The notes under the pieces were generated by a model. It was not told the origin of the DNA. It was given only the letters and a program-made list of their open reading frames with translations, and made no database searches. A stretch of 63,992 nucleotides of DNA, the filler included, from Basidiobolus ranarum (lineage: Eukaryota): the NCBI GenBank assembly GCA_040143965.1. It is 4 parts of 4 records of this genome, joined end to end, with 100 filler letters (N's around TTAATTAATTAA, not from the genome) between each part and the next. Parts side by side here need not be neighbours in the genome. Positions count along the whole stretch, not along the records: positions 1 to 16,843 come from JASJQH010007203.1; 3 more parts are not named here. The stretch is one strand, 5' to 3'. This document shows, in pieces, positions 1 to 12,792 of the stretch. Each line of letters opens with the position of its first letter. The first letter of the stretch is position 1. The translations under genes were made by a program, and so were the position numbers.

Positions 1-798
1 GCACAATATCTCGCTCTGGGGGCACGCGGCTCGGTCACCTTACGAACGCCTGGTAGGTGCCAAGCGGGCGCGCTGTCGGGGGGGGGGACTTTTTGTCACT
101 TACAAACAGTGAATGTTGATCTCTGATATTCGAAAATTCTGCTTCATATTCCGGAAATTCATTAATGTATAGTGCCCGTATTTCATTGTTTATTGTATCG
201 TGATGTTTTTGAATTCAGAAGTTTTACTTTTATGGTGATCACCAATTTCGAATGTACACAGCATTTTTCTTTTCTTCTCTTCACTTCTTTCTTCATGTGA
301 CATCTTTCGGTTCTTGTTTCAAAAAAATCCATACCCAACCACTTATCATTCATTCAAAATTGTCTCCTATTGAAACAAAACCCTTTCTGTTCATTCAATC
401 ACCCTCCTAACACTTCGTTCCGACGAAACATTGGTCACTTCTGCGTATATTGAAACGTAATATATCATTTTCAAAGAGATTCTAAATATTCTTTTTTACA
501 CATACCATACTGTAATGTACATTACTTGTAATGAAGGATACTTAACAATACTTCTTAATGTTAAATATAAAAAGATCTGAAATGTAATAAAATAGTTTTG
601 CTTTTGCCCAAGTCAAGAATAATTTATGTGGTCGAATTTTCTGTTCAAATATCAATTTTTAGATAAAGAGCTGGGGTTTTATTCAAAGCGGAACAGATAT
701 ACAAATGAATAATCTATAATTAGAGTGAATGAGCAATCGTACGAATATAGATTTTGATGTGGATTTTTAGTGTACGATTGATGGGGTGTATAGCCCGC

Positions 799-2409
799 TT
801 ATTCCCATTCAATGGTGGAAGGAGGCTTGGTGCTGACATCGTAAACAACACGGTTAACACCCTTAACTTCATTGATGATTCTGCTGGAGATCTTCTTGAT
901 AACATCATAAGGCATAGGATACCAATCAGCAGTCATGAAGTCAGTAGTCTCAACGGCACGAAGGGCAATAACTTGCTCGTAAGTACGCTTGTCACCCATG
1001 ACACCAACGGACTTGATGGGGAGAAGAGCAGCGAAAGCTTGGCTGGTCTTGCGGTAAAGACCGGCCTTCTTGATCTCTTCAATGTAGATGTGATCAGCGA
1101 GACGAGCAATCTCAACTTGGCTGGGGGTAACTTCACCAAGAATACGGATAGCGATACCTGGTCCAGGGAAAGGATGACGCCATACAAGTTCATCATCAAT
1201 ACCCATAACCTTTCCAAGAGCACGAACTTCATCCTTGAAGAGTTCACGAAGAGGTTCAATCAACTTCAACTTCATATCTTCCAAAAGACCACCAACATTG
1301 TGATGAGTCTTGATGGTAGCGGAAGGACCCTTGAAAGAGATGGATTCAATAACATCAGGGTACAAGGTACCTTGAAGTAAGAACTCCATCTTACCTCTAC
1401 CGGTCTTCTCGGATTCAACATCGAGAGCAGCAGCTTCAGCTTCAAATACTTCAATGAAAGTATTACCAATGATCTTACGCTTCTTCTCAGGATCAGTAAC
1501 ACCCTTGAGTTTACCCAAGAAGAGATCAGCAGCATCAACGACCTTAAGGTTGATACCCAAGTGCTCACCGAGAATGGCCTTAACATTCTCACATTCATTG
1601 AGACGCATAACACCATTATCAACGAGAATAGCGTGGAAACGATCACCAATGGCCTCAGTCATCAACTTGGCGGCAACAGTGGAGTCAACACCACCAGAAA
1701 CGGCACCAACGACTTGAGCAGTAGGACCGACGATCTTGCGAATTCTTTCGATTTCTTTATCGATGAAGGTCTCCATGGTCCAGTTAGACTCGCACTCGCA
1801 AATGTCGATAACGAAGTTCTTAAGGAGGACCTTTCCTTGAGGAGTATGGGTAACCTCAGGATGGAATTGAATACCGAAAATGTGCTTCTCCTCATTGGCA
1901 ATGGCAGCGAAAGGAGCGGTAGTGGTGTTACCAATAACACGGTATCCCTTAGGGGGTTCGGACAATTGGTCACCATGAGACATCCAAACTTGCATCTGTC
2001 CTTCCAAGGTGTTGAAAAGACGATCGATGAAAGGATGTTCATCGTGCTTGGTGATGTTCAACATAGCATGACCGTATTCACGGTGATCGCAGGGAGCAAC
2101 CTTACCACCATTAACCCAAGTAATTTCTTGGAGACCATAGCAAATACCAAGAACAGGGACACCAAGGTCGAAAACGGCGGGATCAACGTGGGGAGCATCG
2201 GTATCGTAAACAGAATAAGGACTGCCAGAGAGAATAACACCCTTGGGCTTAAAAGGCAATTCGCTGATCTTTTGGGTGCAAGGAAGAAGTTCGCAATAAA
2301 CACCAACTTCACGAATACGACGAGTAATAAGGTGGGAGTATTGAGATCCAAAATCTAAAATAAGGACCGTGTCGTACAACTTTGAAGTATCAGCGGTATT
2401 GTTAGCCAT
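799..2409 (-). CDS. GUA1: GMP synthase (glutamine-hydrolysing), intronless
   Basis: GATase motifs [22 protein letters not shown] and QFHPEV; ATP-PPase motif SGGVDS; C-terminal KPPSTIEWE. Start placed at MANNT (ATG 2409). Confidence 0.98.
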   Translation of the reverse strand: MANNTADTSKLYDTVLILDFGSQYSHLITRRIREVGVYCELLPCTQKISELPFKPKGVILSGSPYSVYDTDAPHVDPAVFDLGVPVLGICYGLQEITWVNGGKVAPCDHREYGHAMLNITKHDEHPFIDRLFNTLEGQMQVWMSHGDQLSEPPKGYRVIGNTTTAPFAAIANEEKHIFGIQFHPEVTHTPQGKVLLKNFVIDICECESNWTMETFIDKEIERIRKIVGPTAQVVGAVSGGVDSTVAAKLMTEAIGDRFHAILVDNGVMRLNECENVKAILGEHLGINLKVVDAADLFLGKLKGVTDPEKKRKIIGNTFIEVFEAEAAALDVESEKTGRGKMEFLLQGTLYPDVIESISFKGPSATIKTHHNVGGLLEDMKLKLIEPLRELFKDEVRALGKVMGIDDELVWRHPFPGPGIAIRILGEVTPSQVEIARLADHIYIEEIKKAGLYRKTSQAFAALLPIKSVGVMGDKRTYEQVIALRAVETTDFMTADWYPMPYDVIKKISSRIINEVKGVNRVVYDVSTKPPSTIEWE

Positions 2410-5400
2410 TGTGAGATTAAGGGAAACGAACGAGAGAAAAAAATTGGCGTTGCCAAATTTTAAATCCCACTCGTTCTCTATTTCTACTCGAATCCATTTT
2501 TTTTTCTTCTTCGGTAGCCCATCAAATTTGGGTTTATCCAATTGAAGGGCTCGAATGCAGTGGGCTTTTTTTCAACAAATATCTTTTCAAGGTATCCAAT
2601 GCTCAAAGATTTTTTTATTTTCATACTAATTATGGCAATCGAGATGAAATTTAGCTTAATATTTTCCACAATTCCCGAATTTTTTTACTGCAAATTTTGG
2701 ATATTGCGGAGGATGGATCCAATGCAATTAAATGGATCTCCACCTTCATTCATGCCCCAAATAGCGCCCATGTATAGAATCCACAGATGTGCAGTGACTA
2801 ATTCCTAGTCTACATATATCGTTTGATTTGTTTTCGCCATGATGGGAACATTGTGGTCGATCTGCTTGTTTCGCCCGAGTACAGAATTACAACCCAAATC
2901 AAAGTTAATAATTAGCTGCAAATACAGCCAGGGATTCATGCACTCTTGGGTCCAATATATCGACCAATATCACACCAGAAGTGGACCAATGTTATTGCCA
3001 ATCATCAGCCAGTCAAATCCTTTTCAAATGACTGTATTGTCTTTCCTTACAGAGTAAGCGAATTCTCATGCCTTGATTAGCTCTGGGGATAAGTTAAAAT
3101 TAGCTTCACTCTGGATATCTAGTGTATAATATAAGGTGCAATTGTGGATACCGATTTTTTTTTCAGTCCTTACAATGAGCGTTGTCTCTTTGTTGTCGAT
3201 CAACCAAGCACAGATGAGAGCTTTGAAAGGAATCGTTGGTAAACACTGTTTATCACACTTCAACTAGCATTCACGATGCACTTCATTATCCGTCACTCTA
3301 TCTAAAAGTATGTGGTCATTTTACTAGTCTGACCTCCATTAGAGGTTCTATCTCTCCAGGTCCAAGCCGAAGCAGGGTCGACCCTGATAGAACTACGCCT
3401 TCTATTCAGTGACAACAGCATCCATTATAGCATTGAATTAAAATGGCATAGTGATGTCAATAGGCACCTTGCAAAATGTGTGAAAGGAAGCCTTGTTAAA
3501 ACTTTTCCACTAAGAAAGCGAATACTTGATGGCTTTGAATATCTGTGCTTGTATAAAGCAACATGACATAACATATTATATCGACAAACGACAGTAGCCT
3601 GGGCAAAGCCTGAGATGGAACTTCGTTCAAGTGAGGTTCTTTGTAGATCTTATGAAGATCAAAATACAATGCAGGGTCAGGAGAAATCAAAAAGATTCAA
3701 TTCGAGAAACCTCAAGTAACAGTCGATATTTACATGTTTGTTCCACAAGTCATAAGAATTATCAATCACATCCTATATAAGTATATATACCTGCTTAGCC
3801 AAATGGTTTTGAAACCTATTTGGTTAGTTGTTCATGTTGTAGTTGTAGAATAGGCTAAAGAGATTGAGACGAATGTGGTCACTGATAAGAATAAGGGCGC
3901 TTCGATATTACGGGATAAGAAGCTTCATTGTGAATTAACTGCTAAATGTAGCAAAGGTGACGAGGATGGTATAGAAGTTACATAATTTTTCGACTCTAAA
4001 TGTTTGCGGTTGGTTTCTGCGTTGCCAGGACTGGCAATGTCTTGCCTCTGTAGGTATATTCTCTTTTTACTATTTGCTCCAATATTTGATGAGGCTTGTT
4101 TTTTAATACAAGGAACTGTAACATATAACGTATAAAATCTACTTGATTATTCAAGCTAGTTGGTCCGAACTTACGAGGTTACGGTGTTTGTCATGGTACA
4201 GGTATTGTTCAATTGAAGGTTTCCTCTACCAGTTCAGTTCTATTTATTTGGCTACTTGTTACTTTGAAACGGATTGAAAGTATATTAGACAGCAAGGGTG
4301 GTGATTCTCTAGTTTTTCTCGTTTTGAGTGGTTTTAAGCCCCTTACTGCTAGACTGGTTATCGAACGAGAATAGGCAGATTTCGATATTTGACTAAATAA
4401 CATACTTCTATCTCTTGTGATACAACTGGAGACACTATTGAAGATCGTGTTTGCACTCCTACCTATCTCTGTCCATCATGGATGAGGTTTAATGAATATT
4501 CAATCAAGATGTGGCATTTGGTTAATATTATCGCCAAGTTCCAGAGCTAACTTCCTGGTTATAATGCTCTGATCACCTTGAGAGGTAGTTAATTTTCCCT
4601 GGAGGGTTTCAGTGACAATATCCACAAGGGGATCATCAATTCTCCGCTAAAAGCACACAAAAGGCTGAAGATGGTCACCACTGCGCTGATATTGCTCAAA
4701 TTGTCTAAAGAGTGTGCATCTCTTCGCAGCTTTATATACTGTTTATTATGCTTCCTCCACCAGTGCCCAAACACATCCATTTCCATATAATCATTATATT
4801 ATAAAAAAATTCAAAAATGTGTATCCTTTGAATTGCACCTTCGATATTTTACTAACTGTATCAGTTCTAAGGGTCACTAGCTTAAGTATGTATACAATGA
4901 ATAAAGCGTATATTTCGATTTCGTATGTGGAATGGTTTATACTTGAGCGCTAGTGGCGACCGATTTACTTTCGATCTTGTGAATCTTGAACGCTCAATTT
5001 TCTCTGAAAGTCTAGTAAAGTGTTAAATAGTAGAAAAAAGGAATCCAAGTACAAATGTCAGTTGTTGATCTAGATACCGTTCAGAAGACTGACTACATCT
5101 ACACCTATAGTTATATGTGGCAATACACTTGTAGAACATGAGCGTAAATTCCCCAATTCTAATCCAAAATGTTTAACTTATAGTCCGTGATAGATATAAA
5201 GTATATATAGTTAAGTAGATCCTACAACAATGAACATATCACTACTTACAAATCATTTACTTCCAATAATTCTTTTTATTACGTTGGTTATAGAAACCAG
5301 GGAAATAATAATGTAGCCCCGCAACAGTATTTAAAACACATTTTGAATTAATAGTTATAAGGGGGCTTTCTGAAGTTGAGATTTGACTCAGCAATCAATC

Positions 5401-6988
5401 TCATATTAGTTCGATAGAGAACTTTCCAACACAGAGTTCAAAACAAGTTTGCTAACCATGGTTTTAGTTTTACCACTTAATTATAAGCTGATGTAGAGAC
5501 ACCTCAGTTGCATATATCTCACACAAGAATCGCGCGTCATCATAACTCACTTAATATACATTATGATTGGCTTGTGTGTCAGACACCTTCACACTCTTTC
5601 CTGTTCCCCATACAGTTCCCACGCTTAATCTTTTGATCTGTTGCCATTTACTCTGAGTTCAAGTCCACAGAGGTTCAAGCGCTTGCCTCACAAAGTCGAT
5701 ATTTTTCAGTGACTCCTGTGTTTGAATGTCTGTTATCCTATTGTGAAAGATTTAAATTAATAACTAATTTTGCATTCATCAAACCAGGGAAAATCATCAC
5801 AATCTTCACTCATAAATAGCACACTGACTGGCGCAACTCAGTCCTAGATATTCTTCTTCTGTCTTCCCTCATTGATAATCCACGCATACTATCTTTGGTG
5901 ACAGTCTCTATAACTATCTTCCCTGCTTCAGCTGGGCAATAACTCTTAAAGCTTCTTAGACTTAAACTCCTTGGTTTCATATGTCTTTTTACTTCTTCTC
6001 TGAACAAGCTCACCACGTAGGACGTGACGTTGATATAGTCTAATTCCGTTTATTGAATTTCAAGAATTGCCAACAATAATACAAAGAAAGTTCAGTCAGC
6101 ACTCTCTACTATTACTGTAATTTCTTTCAAACCACCCAATCCCGCTTACTTTCCCTCCAACTAAACTCAAGAGCCAGCAAGATGGATGGTACCTTTGACT
6201 CACCTTTCTATAAGTTTATTTCACCTCAATAACCAATTTTCCTTGAGGATAGCAATCCGTATGACTACCTCTCTTCAGCACCAAAGGCTCCACAAGTCAG
6301 CTTCCAAGTTGAAAGTCACTGACTCGGATCAGCAGTCTCGAAAATCATTGAAAAAGGAAACACCTAAAGGGCAGACTTTCATTACAAGTAAGTGTACGAT
6401 TAGGGAAGTTTAATTTATCATGACTGAACATTGTGTATGATTAGGTCCCTTGTTTGGTAGTCTTCATCAATGGCTCGTTGAACACTGAATGTTGAATAGA
6501 ATCTTATCCTATCCAACAGATACACAACCAATCATTTGGCTTATGTACTCCAATTTATTTATCTATATCTATTACTATCCCGGGGGAAATGAATCCTTTT
6601 TGGAAATTTTCTCCATCAATTTATGATGTTATTATCCTGTTGTTGAATGAAAATAAATTTACTTTATTATCGGTGAATTTATTTCATCTGATGAGACTTT
6701 GGATGGCGGTAGGTATGTATGGATGTATGAGAACAATCGAGCCATACATTTAAGTGGAATTCGCTTCTGAAATCAGGGCGCGGGGAGGGGGGGGGAATTC
6801 CTCTATTTACAATTTATACAGTATAATCCGGGATTTATCGATTTAAAGGATTATGCAGTTGCTGTCACCATAATACTGGAGTGAAAAAGATCAGTCTTCT
6901 TATGGGCCAAGTTTAATTGACTAGTTGAGGTAAAAGGAGCTAGTATGAAGGGAATTTAGAGAATAATTTTGAGTATATACGAGTTGAC

Positions 6989-7556
6989 CTAAATACTACA
7001 TAGATAATATTTACCGTCAATGAACTTCATTTTTTGAGGGGTTTGTAAACCAAGAGTACTCGAAGTTTTTTGGTTTCTGTTGGTGATGACTCCTAAACGA
7101 AGAATAAAATAAACACCAATAAAGTTAGTAATGCACTTGGAGGTATCAGATAAATAGAAATGAAGTACTTTGTAGGTTCTTTTGTAGGAAAAGTTCAATC
7201 CGAATAGCACTAACTGGAGTGGTATTTCTTGTATTTGGAGGACTTTTTTTCTTCAAAAGTGGCTTATACAATGGACGTACTGGGGTTTGGTCTGGCCTAG
7301 GTAAAAGAGTTCCCCAGGCCTCCTTCACCCAACCCTGGGTTCTACTTCTCAAAAATAATATAGAGGCTTGGAAGAAAGGCCCAAGACTTTTGCTTAAAGG
7401 TTTTAAATTCCAGGTTAAAAGCTTTGGGGTCACGTATGTAAGCCTCAAAGTGGATACCAGCCGAGGAGCCAAGATTACCATTAGTGTAAGCTTTACTGAC
7501 ATTTTAGAGGCGACGAAAGTCCAATAAAGGAATCTTGGGTAAATAATGGAGAACAT
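6989..7556 (-). CDS. Putative two-exon orphan basic protein (~163 aa)
   Basis: An ATG at 7556 follows a TATAAAA box. A GTACTT...TACTAAC...TTTAG intron (7093-7168) joins ORF 7146..7556 in frame to ORF 6989..7210. No domain recognised. Confidence 0.45.
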
Positions 7557-8638
7557 ATTGGATTATTGGTTAATTGATAATCTCAAAGAAAAGTTAGGGT
7601 TGGTTAGTTTGGTGTTAGGATGGTTTGTAAATGTGGGGAGAGGGGGTTCCTTAAGTTTTATATGTTAATCGGAGCACATGTAGATGTGTATCCTCAATCC
7701 AAAATCGCTTCATTGAGGCTTCCTTATTGTGTGTACCACACTTAAACAATGAATCAATTGGGGATATATCATGAATGTATTGAGTCATTCAGATAGAATC
7801 AAATATGCTCAAGATGCCACCACCAATATAATGTTGCGGATGTTACATCTACCGAATCCCTCGAATACAAACAACACATCAACAAGAATAAAGCCGTGGG
7901 CAGGCACTTGTCTCATGTGGAGCGAAGATGAATGGCAATCAACATTGAAGGCACATCTGCAACTGAAGAAATAATTGGCTTCGTACACAGTGATCAGGAT
8001 TACTGATCGACTACATTTTCATATGTTCTGCACAAGTTTTAATTTGTATACATCATGCCGATAGTTTTGGATATAGGGGCTCGTAAGTCAATGTAAAAAC
8101 CAGTATTTCATTATTGATGCTGCATAGCTCAATTCGAATTCTCACATCCATTAAGGCTACGAATCTCTCTACATTCCAATGCGTTCATTCTTCTGCAATC
8201 AAGAGATTCGAAGCCTCAGTGGTATGTAGCTATATTGGGATTACATTGAGCATGTTCCAAGTTGTTTCTCATTGACCGTCATATCTGCTTCTTGACCCCA
8301 GAAAACAACTGGCGCAGGGCTTCTAGCGAAAAGGGCTGACATTGAAGTGAGATTATTAAAGCCTGGGCTTTCCAAGGATCCTCCTAGATGATCAACCCAA
8401 AAGCCATCATTCTTAGGCGTTTAAATGGGTGATTGATGGGTCGAAAATCGAAAATCCAATCCCCCCCATTGATAATTTCCCAGGTCTCATCTCCTTGACG
8501 CAGTAAAATCAAATATCTATTTTTCGGTTAATATGGTCAGTTGACGTCATTGGAGTGATTGAAATTATCGCTAGTAAATAAAGTTGAACTTCTGTTCAAT
8601 CATTAATTTGCCAAGTGTAAGCTTTTCTTTGTTTGAAA

Positions 8639-9835
8639 ATGTCTGACGCTGAAAAGGAAGTGCAAGAAATGCAAGAAGAGGATGCCGTAAGTCTAGTATT
8701 CGATAATTGCCATTGCTCTTTTCTTAAGCTTTACTTTGTTATAGAGCCTCATCTTCGATACCACTATGAAGAAGAAAAAGAAAAAGAAGAAGCAGGTGGC
8801 TTTTGAAGATGAAATTCCTGATGAAGAAAATAACCAAGAGGAGCCTGAAGCTGGTAAGTATACAAATTCAATTTTATCAGTGGTTTGTTTCAGATGACTA
8901 ATTTCGTCCTTCAAAAATCAGAAGAGAACAACGACAACGAGAATGGCGATGAAGACCCTACAGCTATGTTTGCCGACCTCAAAAAGAAGAAGAAGAAGAA
9001 GAGTACCAAGGTCCTTGATGAGGAGACCGAAGAAGCGGCTCCAGTCGAAGGCGATGGTGAAGCCTTTGATTTCGGGGAGATGAAAAAGAAAAAGAAGAAG
9101 AAATCCAAGAAAGCTGATTTGGACGCTTTCGAAGCTGACCTCAACGAGGAGAATGACCAAGAAGATTCTCTAGATATTGGAAGCAAAACAACCGGTAAGT
9201 GGATTCCATGTACATTATTTATTGTCCATATATTTATCATCATGTATTCTAGAGCGCAAGGGAGTTGAAGACGCATGGCTTGGGTCTAACCGTGATTATA
9301 CCTACCAAGAGGTTAGTTGATCGTATCAATTATGTAACAGCCCGATCTTTACTGACTGACTGCAATTTAGTTACTTGGACGTGTTTTCAAAATCCTCCAA
9401 CAGAACAACCCTGAGCTCATTTCCGAAAAGAGACGTTATACTATGGTTCCTCCATCTATCCATCGTGAAGGAAGCAAAAAGACCTTGTTTGCTAACATTG
9501 GTGATATTTGCAAGAGAATGCGTCGTCAACCTGAGCATGTTATTCAATTTTTATTCTCCGAATTGGGTACCAGTGGCTCTATAGACGGTAGCGGTAGTTT
9601 GATTATCAAGGGACGTTTCCAACAAAAACAGATTGAAAACGTGTTGCGTAGATACATTGTAGAATACGTAACTTGTAAGACATGTAAATCTCCAGATACT
9701 ATTCTTTCCAAAGAGAATCGTATTTTCTTTTTACAATGCGAATCATGTGGCTCCACTCGTTCCGTTTCGGCCATTAAAACTGGTTTCATGGCCCAAACTA
9801 CCAAGAGAGCTGTTCTCCGCCGAGCAGCTGCTTAA
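8639..9835 (+). CDS. SUI3: Translation initiation factor eIF2 beta subunit (5 exons)
   Basis: Three poly-Lys boxes; C-terminal zinc ribbon [13 protein letters not shown]...CESCGS; four GT-AG introns restore the frame. Confidence 0.97.
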
Positions 9836-10533
9836 ATGTTCATTCCAACTTCTCGTTGAATTTATTACTTCGCTTCCGTTGTTTCAGTTGGAATTCCCGA
9901 CTCTACCGAGCTACCAAGCCTCAAGCTTTGTGGACTGTAGTGATCAACAAGCATGTAATATGGGGGTGTAATAAACCAAACTTGACCCAGAAAGTACAAA
10001 TATTTGATCCAAGTTAACCTAACAAGATATGAATGATACGAGTGACTGTTCTAAGCGTATCACATCCAACTGCATCATAGACGAGAGAATTGGTAGACAA
10101 GTTTATTGTCTTATAGTAAGACACTGCAGGCGAATCGCAAGGGGAAGTCTGGTTGTATGTAAATCAGTCATCCGAGTGACCCCACAGTTTGCCTGATGAT
10201 CATGAAATAGTGTCAGTTAATGATATTATGTCCTACATGGTGCATCTGTTTATCAATGAGATAGTTTAATAAGAGTAAACTTGAAGCACGTTTTTTTATT
10301 GGGGTTAATATACTCTAATGGTTCCTTGCTACTCTACCAAGCTCAATTTGCATTTTGCCAGGAAATCAGCTAGTATCATCTACCCAAAATGCCAACCAAA
10401 TGTTGATGTTAAATGGAGATATTGTAAGCAAAAAATAACGTAAGAATCGAACTGCGGTTCTTTCTGGTCGCTAAAAATTCAGAAGCTCGCTGGAAATATT
10501 TCTTCAGGATGTGTTGTGATCGCACATGAAAAT

Positions 10534-11628
10534 TTATCGAGTCATCGCCAAAAAGGCCTCCATAGTGTAATGTGAGTCGTTTCCTTAAAAAGATATTTAG
10601 ATACATGAACATTGGTTTGTAAGGCTCAGGGTTCGATTAAATACTTACCAGCGTTGTGCAGGAAATTGTACTCAATCCCAAGACCATTCAAGATCTTGGA
10701 AAGCTTTTGCTTCTGGTGGCTCTCGGTTAATGCCATGTATAGACTGGTAGTATCAAAAACATCGATAGGCTCGGAGATATTGGCACCCATCTTTCTCAGA
10801 TAATCCAAGTCGTTCTTGACATCATGTCCCACCAGAATGGCTGGGTATCCACTTTTCCAGTCCGCCTCCAAATCAGCAACCGTGTTCAACAGGGTAGTGC
10901 ATACGGATTTCCCAAATATAAAGCGATCTTTATTATCAGCCACATAATTCCCATTGCGCAAGTGTACATTCTCCTTGATGATATAATGTTTGTCTAAGAA
11001 AACTTCATCCACCGAGTTATACATTGTCCATCCTACTTCCGTAATGTATGAATGATCTTCTTCGTAGGATTCTATGTCGATGGCAATGAACATATATTCC
11101 CTCTTTGAGATTGCTCGTTGGGCTTTTCCCAAAGAAAGTGCAATAAGACGCTCCCGCTCTTGTCTCTTAATCACCTTATTATACTTTGAGAGGCCTTTCA
11201 ATACACGATAATATGTCGCTCGACTATCTACTTCAACTGGTTCAATTTCATTGTACATTTCAAGTGGACAAAACATGGGCAGTTCCTGCTTCAGTAGCAA
11301 TTCCAATTCCTCCTTTACTTTAAGGTAAGAATGTTCTGATAATAAGAGATAACGAAGAGAATCCTTTTGGCTGATTCCTTAAATGATAAAGGAAAGGGTA
11401 AGTTAGATTTTAGAAACATCTCAAAGATAAGTAAGTTCCAGTCTAAATACCCAGATAGAAAAGCCTATCGATTCTATTGGTATAAAAATCGGGGGCCTTC
11501 AGGTGATCCGTAACGACATTTTGCAAAGTAGGAACTTTATCTAAAGCCTGAGCCCAAAACTTTTCCAAGGAGCTGAGCAAATAGAGAGATGAGGCAATCG
11601 TGTCGACATGAGTAATTTCGGTTGACAT
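10534..11628 (-). CDS. DEDDh 3'-5' exonuclease, Gfd2/YDR514C/QIP-like (3 exons)
   Basis: Motifs FIAIDIE, ILVGHDVKND, VFDT and LHNAG|ND, the last completed across a GTAAGT..AAG intron. Exon 1 is joined by a GT-AG intron at ~11380-11450. Confidence 0.85.
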
Positions 11629-12725
11629 TTGAGTGATGAGATGTGCTTCTTCTCAACACCTTTGGTGGTTCGGTTAATTAGTGAAGGAAGAGTACATTTA
11701 GGGGGTAATTCGCCTGATATAGGCTTTCATCTCCATTTGATATTTGTAAAATCACTTGTGGAACTATATATGGGAAAAATAAAGTTTGGAACCATACATT
11801 TAAGACAATTCCCAATGGCATGTGGGAGTTGAATTTCTATTGCGGTTTACTATTATTTTATAATATGGTTTCGGTCAAGGTGTGAAGGCTATGCCACCTT
11901 TTCACGATGTATCTGCTTGCTTGTGCTGCATACGAAATAGGGAATATCTAAGCAAATCCCAAAGCATGTTATGCATACAACTGCCTCCCTTTTATTGACC
12001 AACCTCTGTCAGATGGCTCAATTATTTCGATTCCTATTTCTCAGCAGAGTGCTAGGTAAAGGAATGAGCAGGAAGCATTAGGGCTATGGTAGTTTGCGAA
12101 GGTGTCAACTCAAAGGAGGGAATATATCTTAGCTCTAGTTGATTATCCTACTTTCTAAAACTAGCGCAGACATGTTCGGTGCTTGAACATCCCAATGGAT
12201 TTCTACATGAAACCCCTTAAAATCGAGAGTATATCAGAGGTGATGCTCCACTGTGCTAACAATATTGATTGCGAAGTGCTTATCAACACCATTAAAATGG
12301 ATTCGAGATAATGAGAACCCTTGGATGCGGTCACATAATGCAAAAGTAGTATCTGTTCCATCCATCCCTCATGGAGGTTTCCAAAACACCGAGAACTTGT
12401 GCCTACATACATGAAAATTCATTTTATATCCTGGGTTAGGTAAGTTGGAGTGGTGGAAGCGATGTATCGAGTACGTTTCACTTGTCAATGATCATGATAC
12501 TTCCAAATCTCTAACCATCGGGTTATTTGTGGTTTCAACGTAGGGGAAATAACAAATGGATTGGTGATAGACATACATTTAGCACCAGGAATAATATTGG
12601 ATGGTTTGGTCCGTGTATCAGATACTATCTAGCTTTTACGGAATCAATCAACATCTTCAAACGTTCCTCCCCTTTTCGCATTACGATGTAGCATGTTCAT
12701 GATTCTATCTCGATGGATTATTCTT

Positions 12726-12733
12726 ATATATAA
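12726..12733 (+). promoter_or_regulatory. TATA box upstream of the secreted repeat protein
   Basis: TATATAAG about 60 nt before ATG 12793. Confidence 0.45.
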
Positions 12734-12792
12734 GCATGGGTTTGAAATAACAATGGCAAATACGAACCTCGTTAGATCAACCACTTTGAATT

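Noticed and set aside
754-2358. Long plus-strand ORFs (208 and 265 aa) opposite GMP synthase
   Set aside because: Antisense shadows caused by the strong codon bias of a highly expressed gene; no domain features.
2410-2541. N-terminal extension of GMP synthase in the ORF track
   Set aside because: It starts at a non-ATG codon and reads through T/A-rich UTR-like sequence; homology begins after MANNT.
12346-12358. GTAGTATCTGTTC, matching the U2 snRNA branch-pairing region
   Set aside because: The flanks do not match U2 (no 5' stem-loop I, no Sm-site context); a chance 13-mer.
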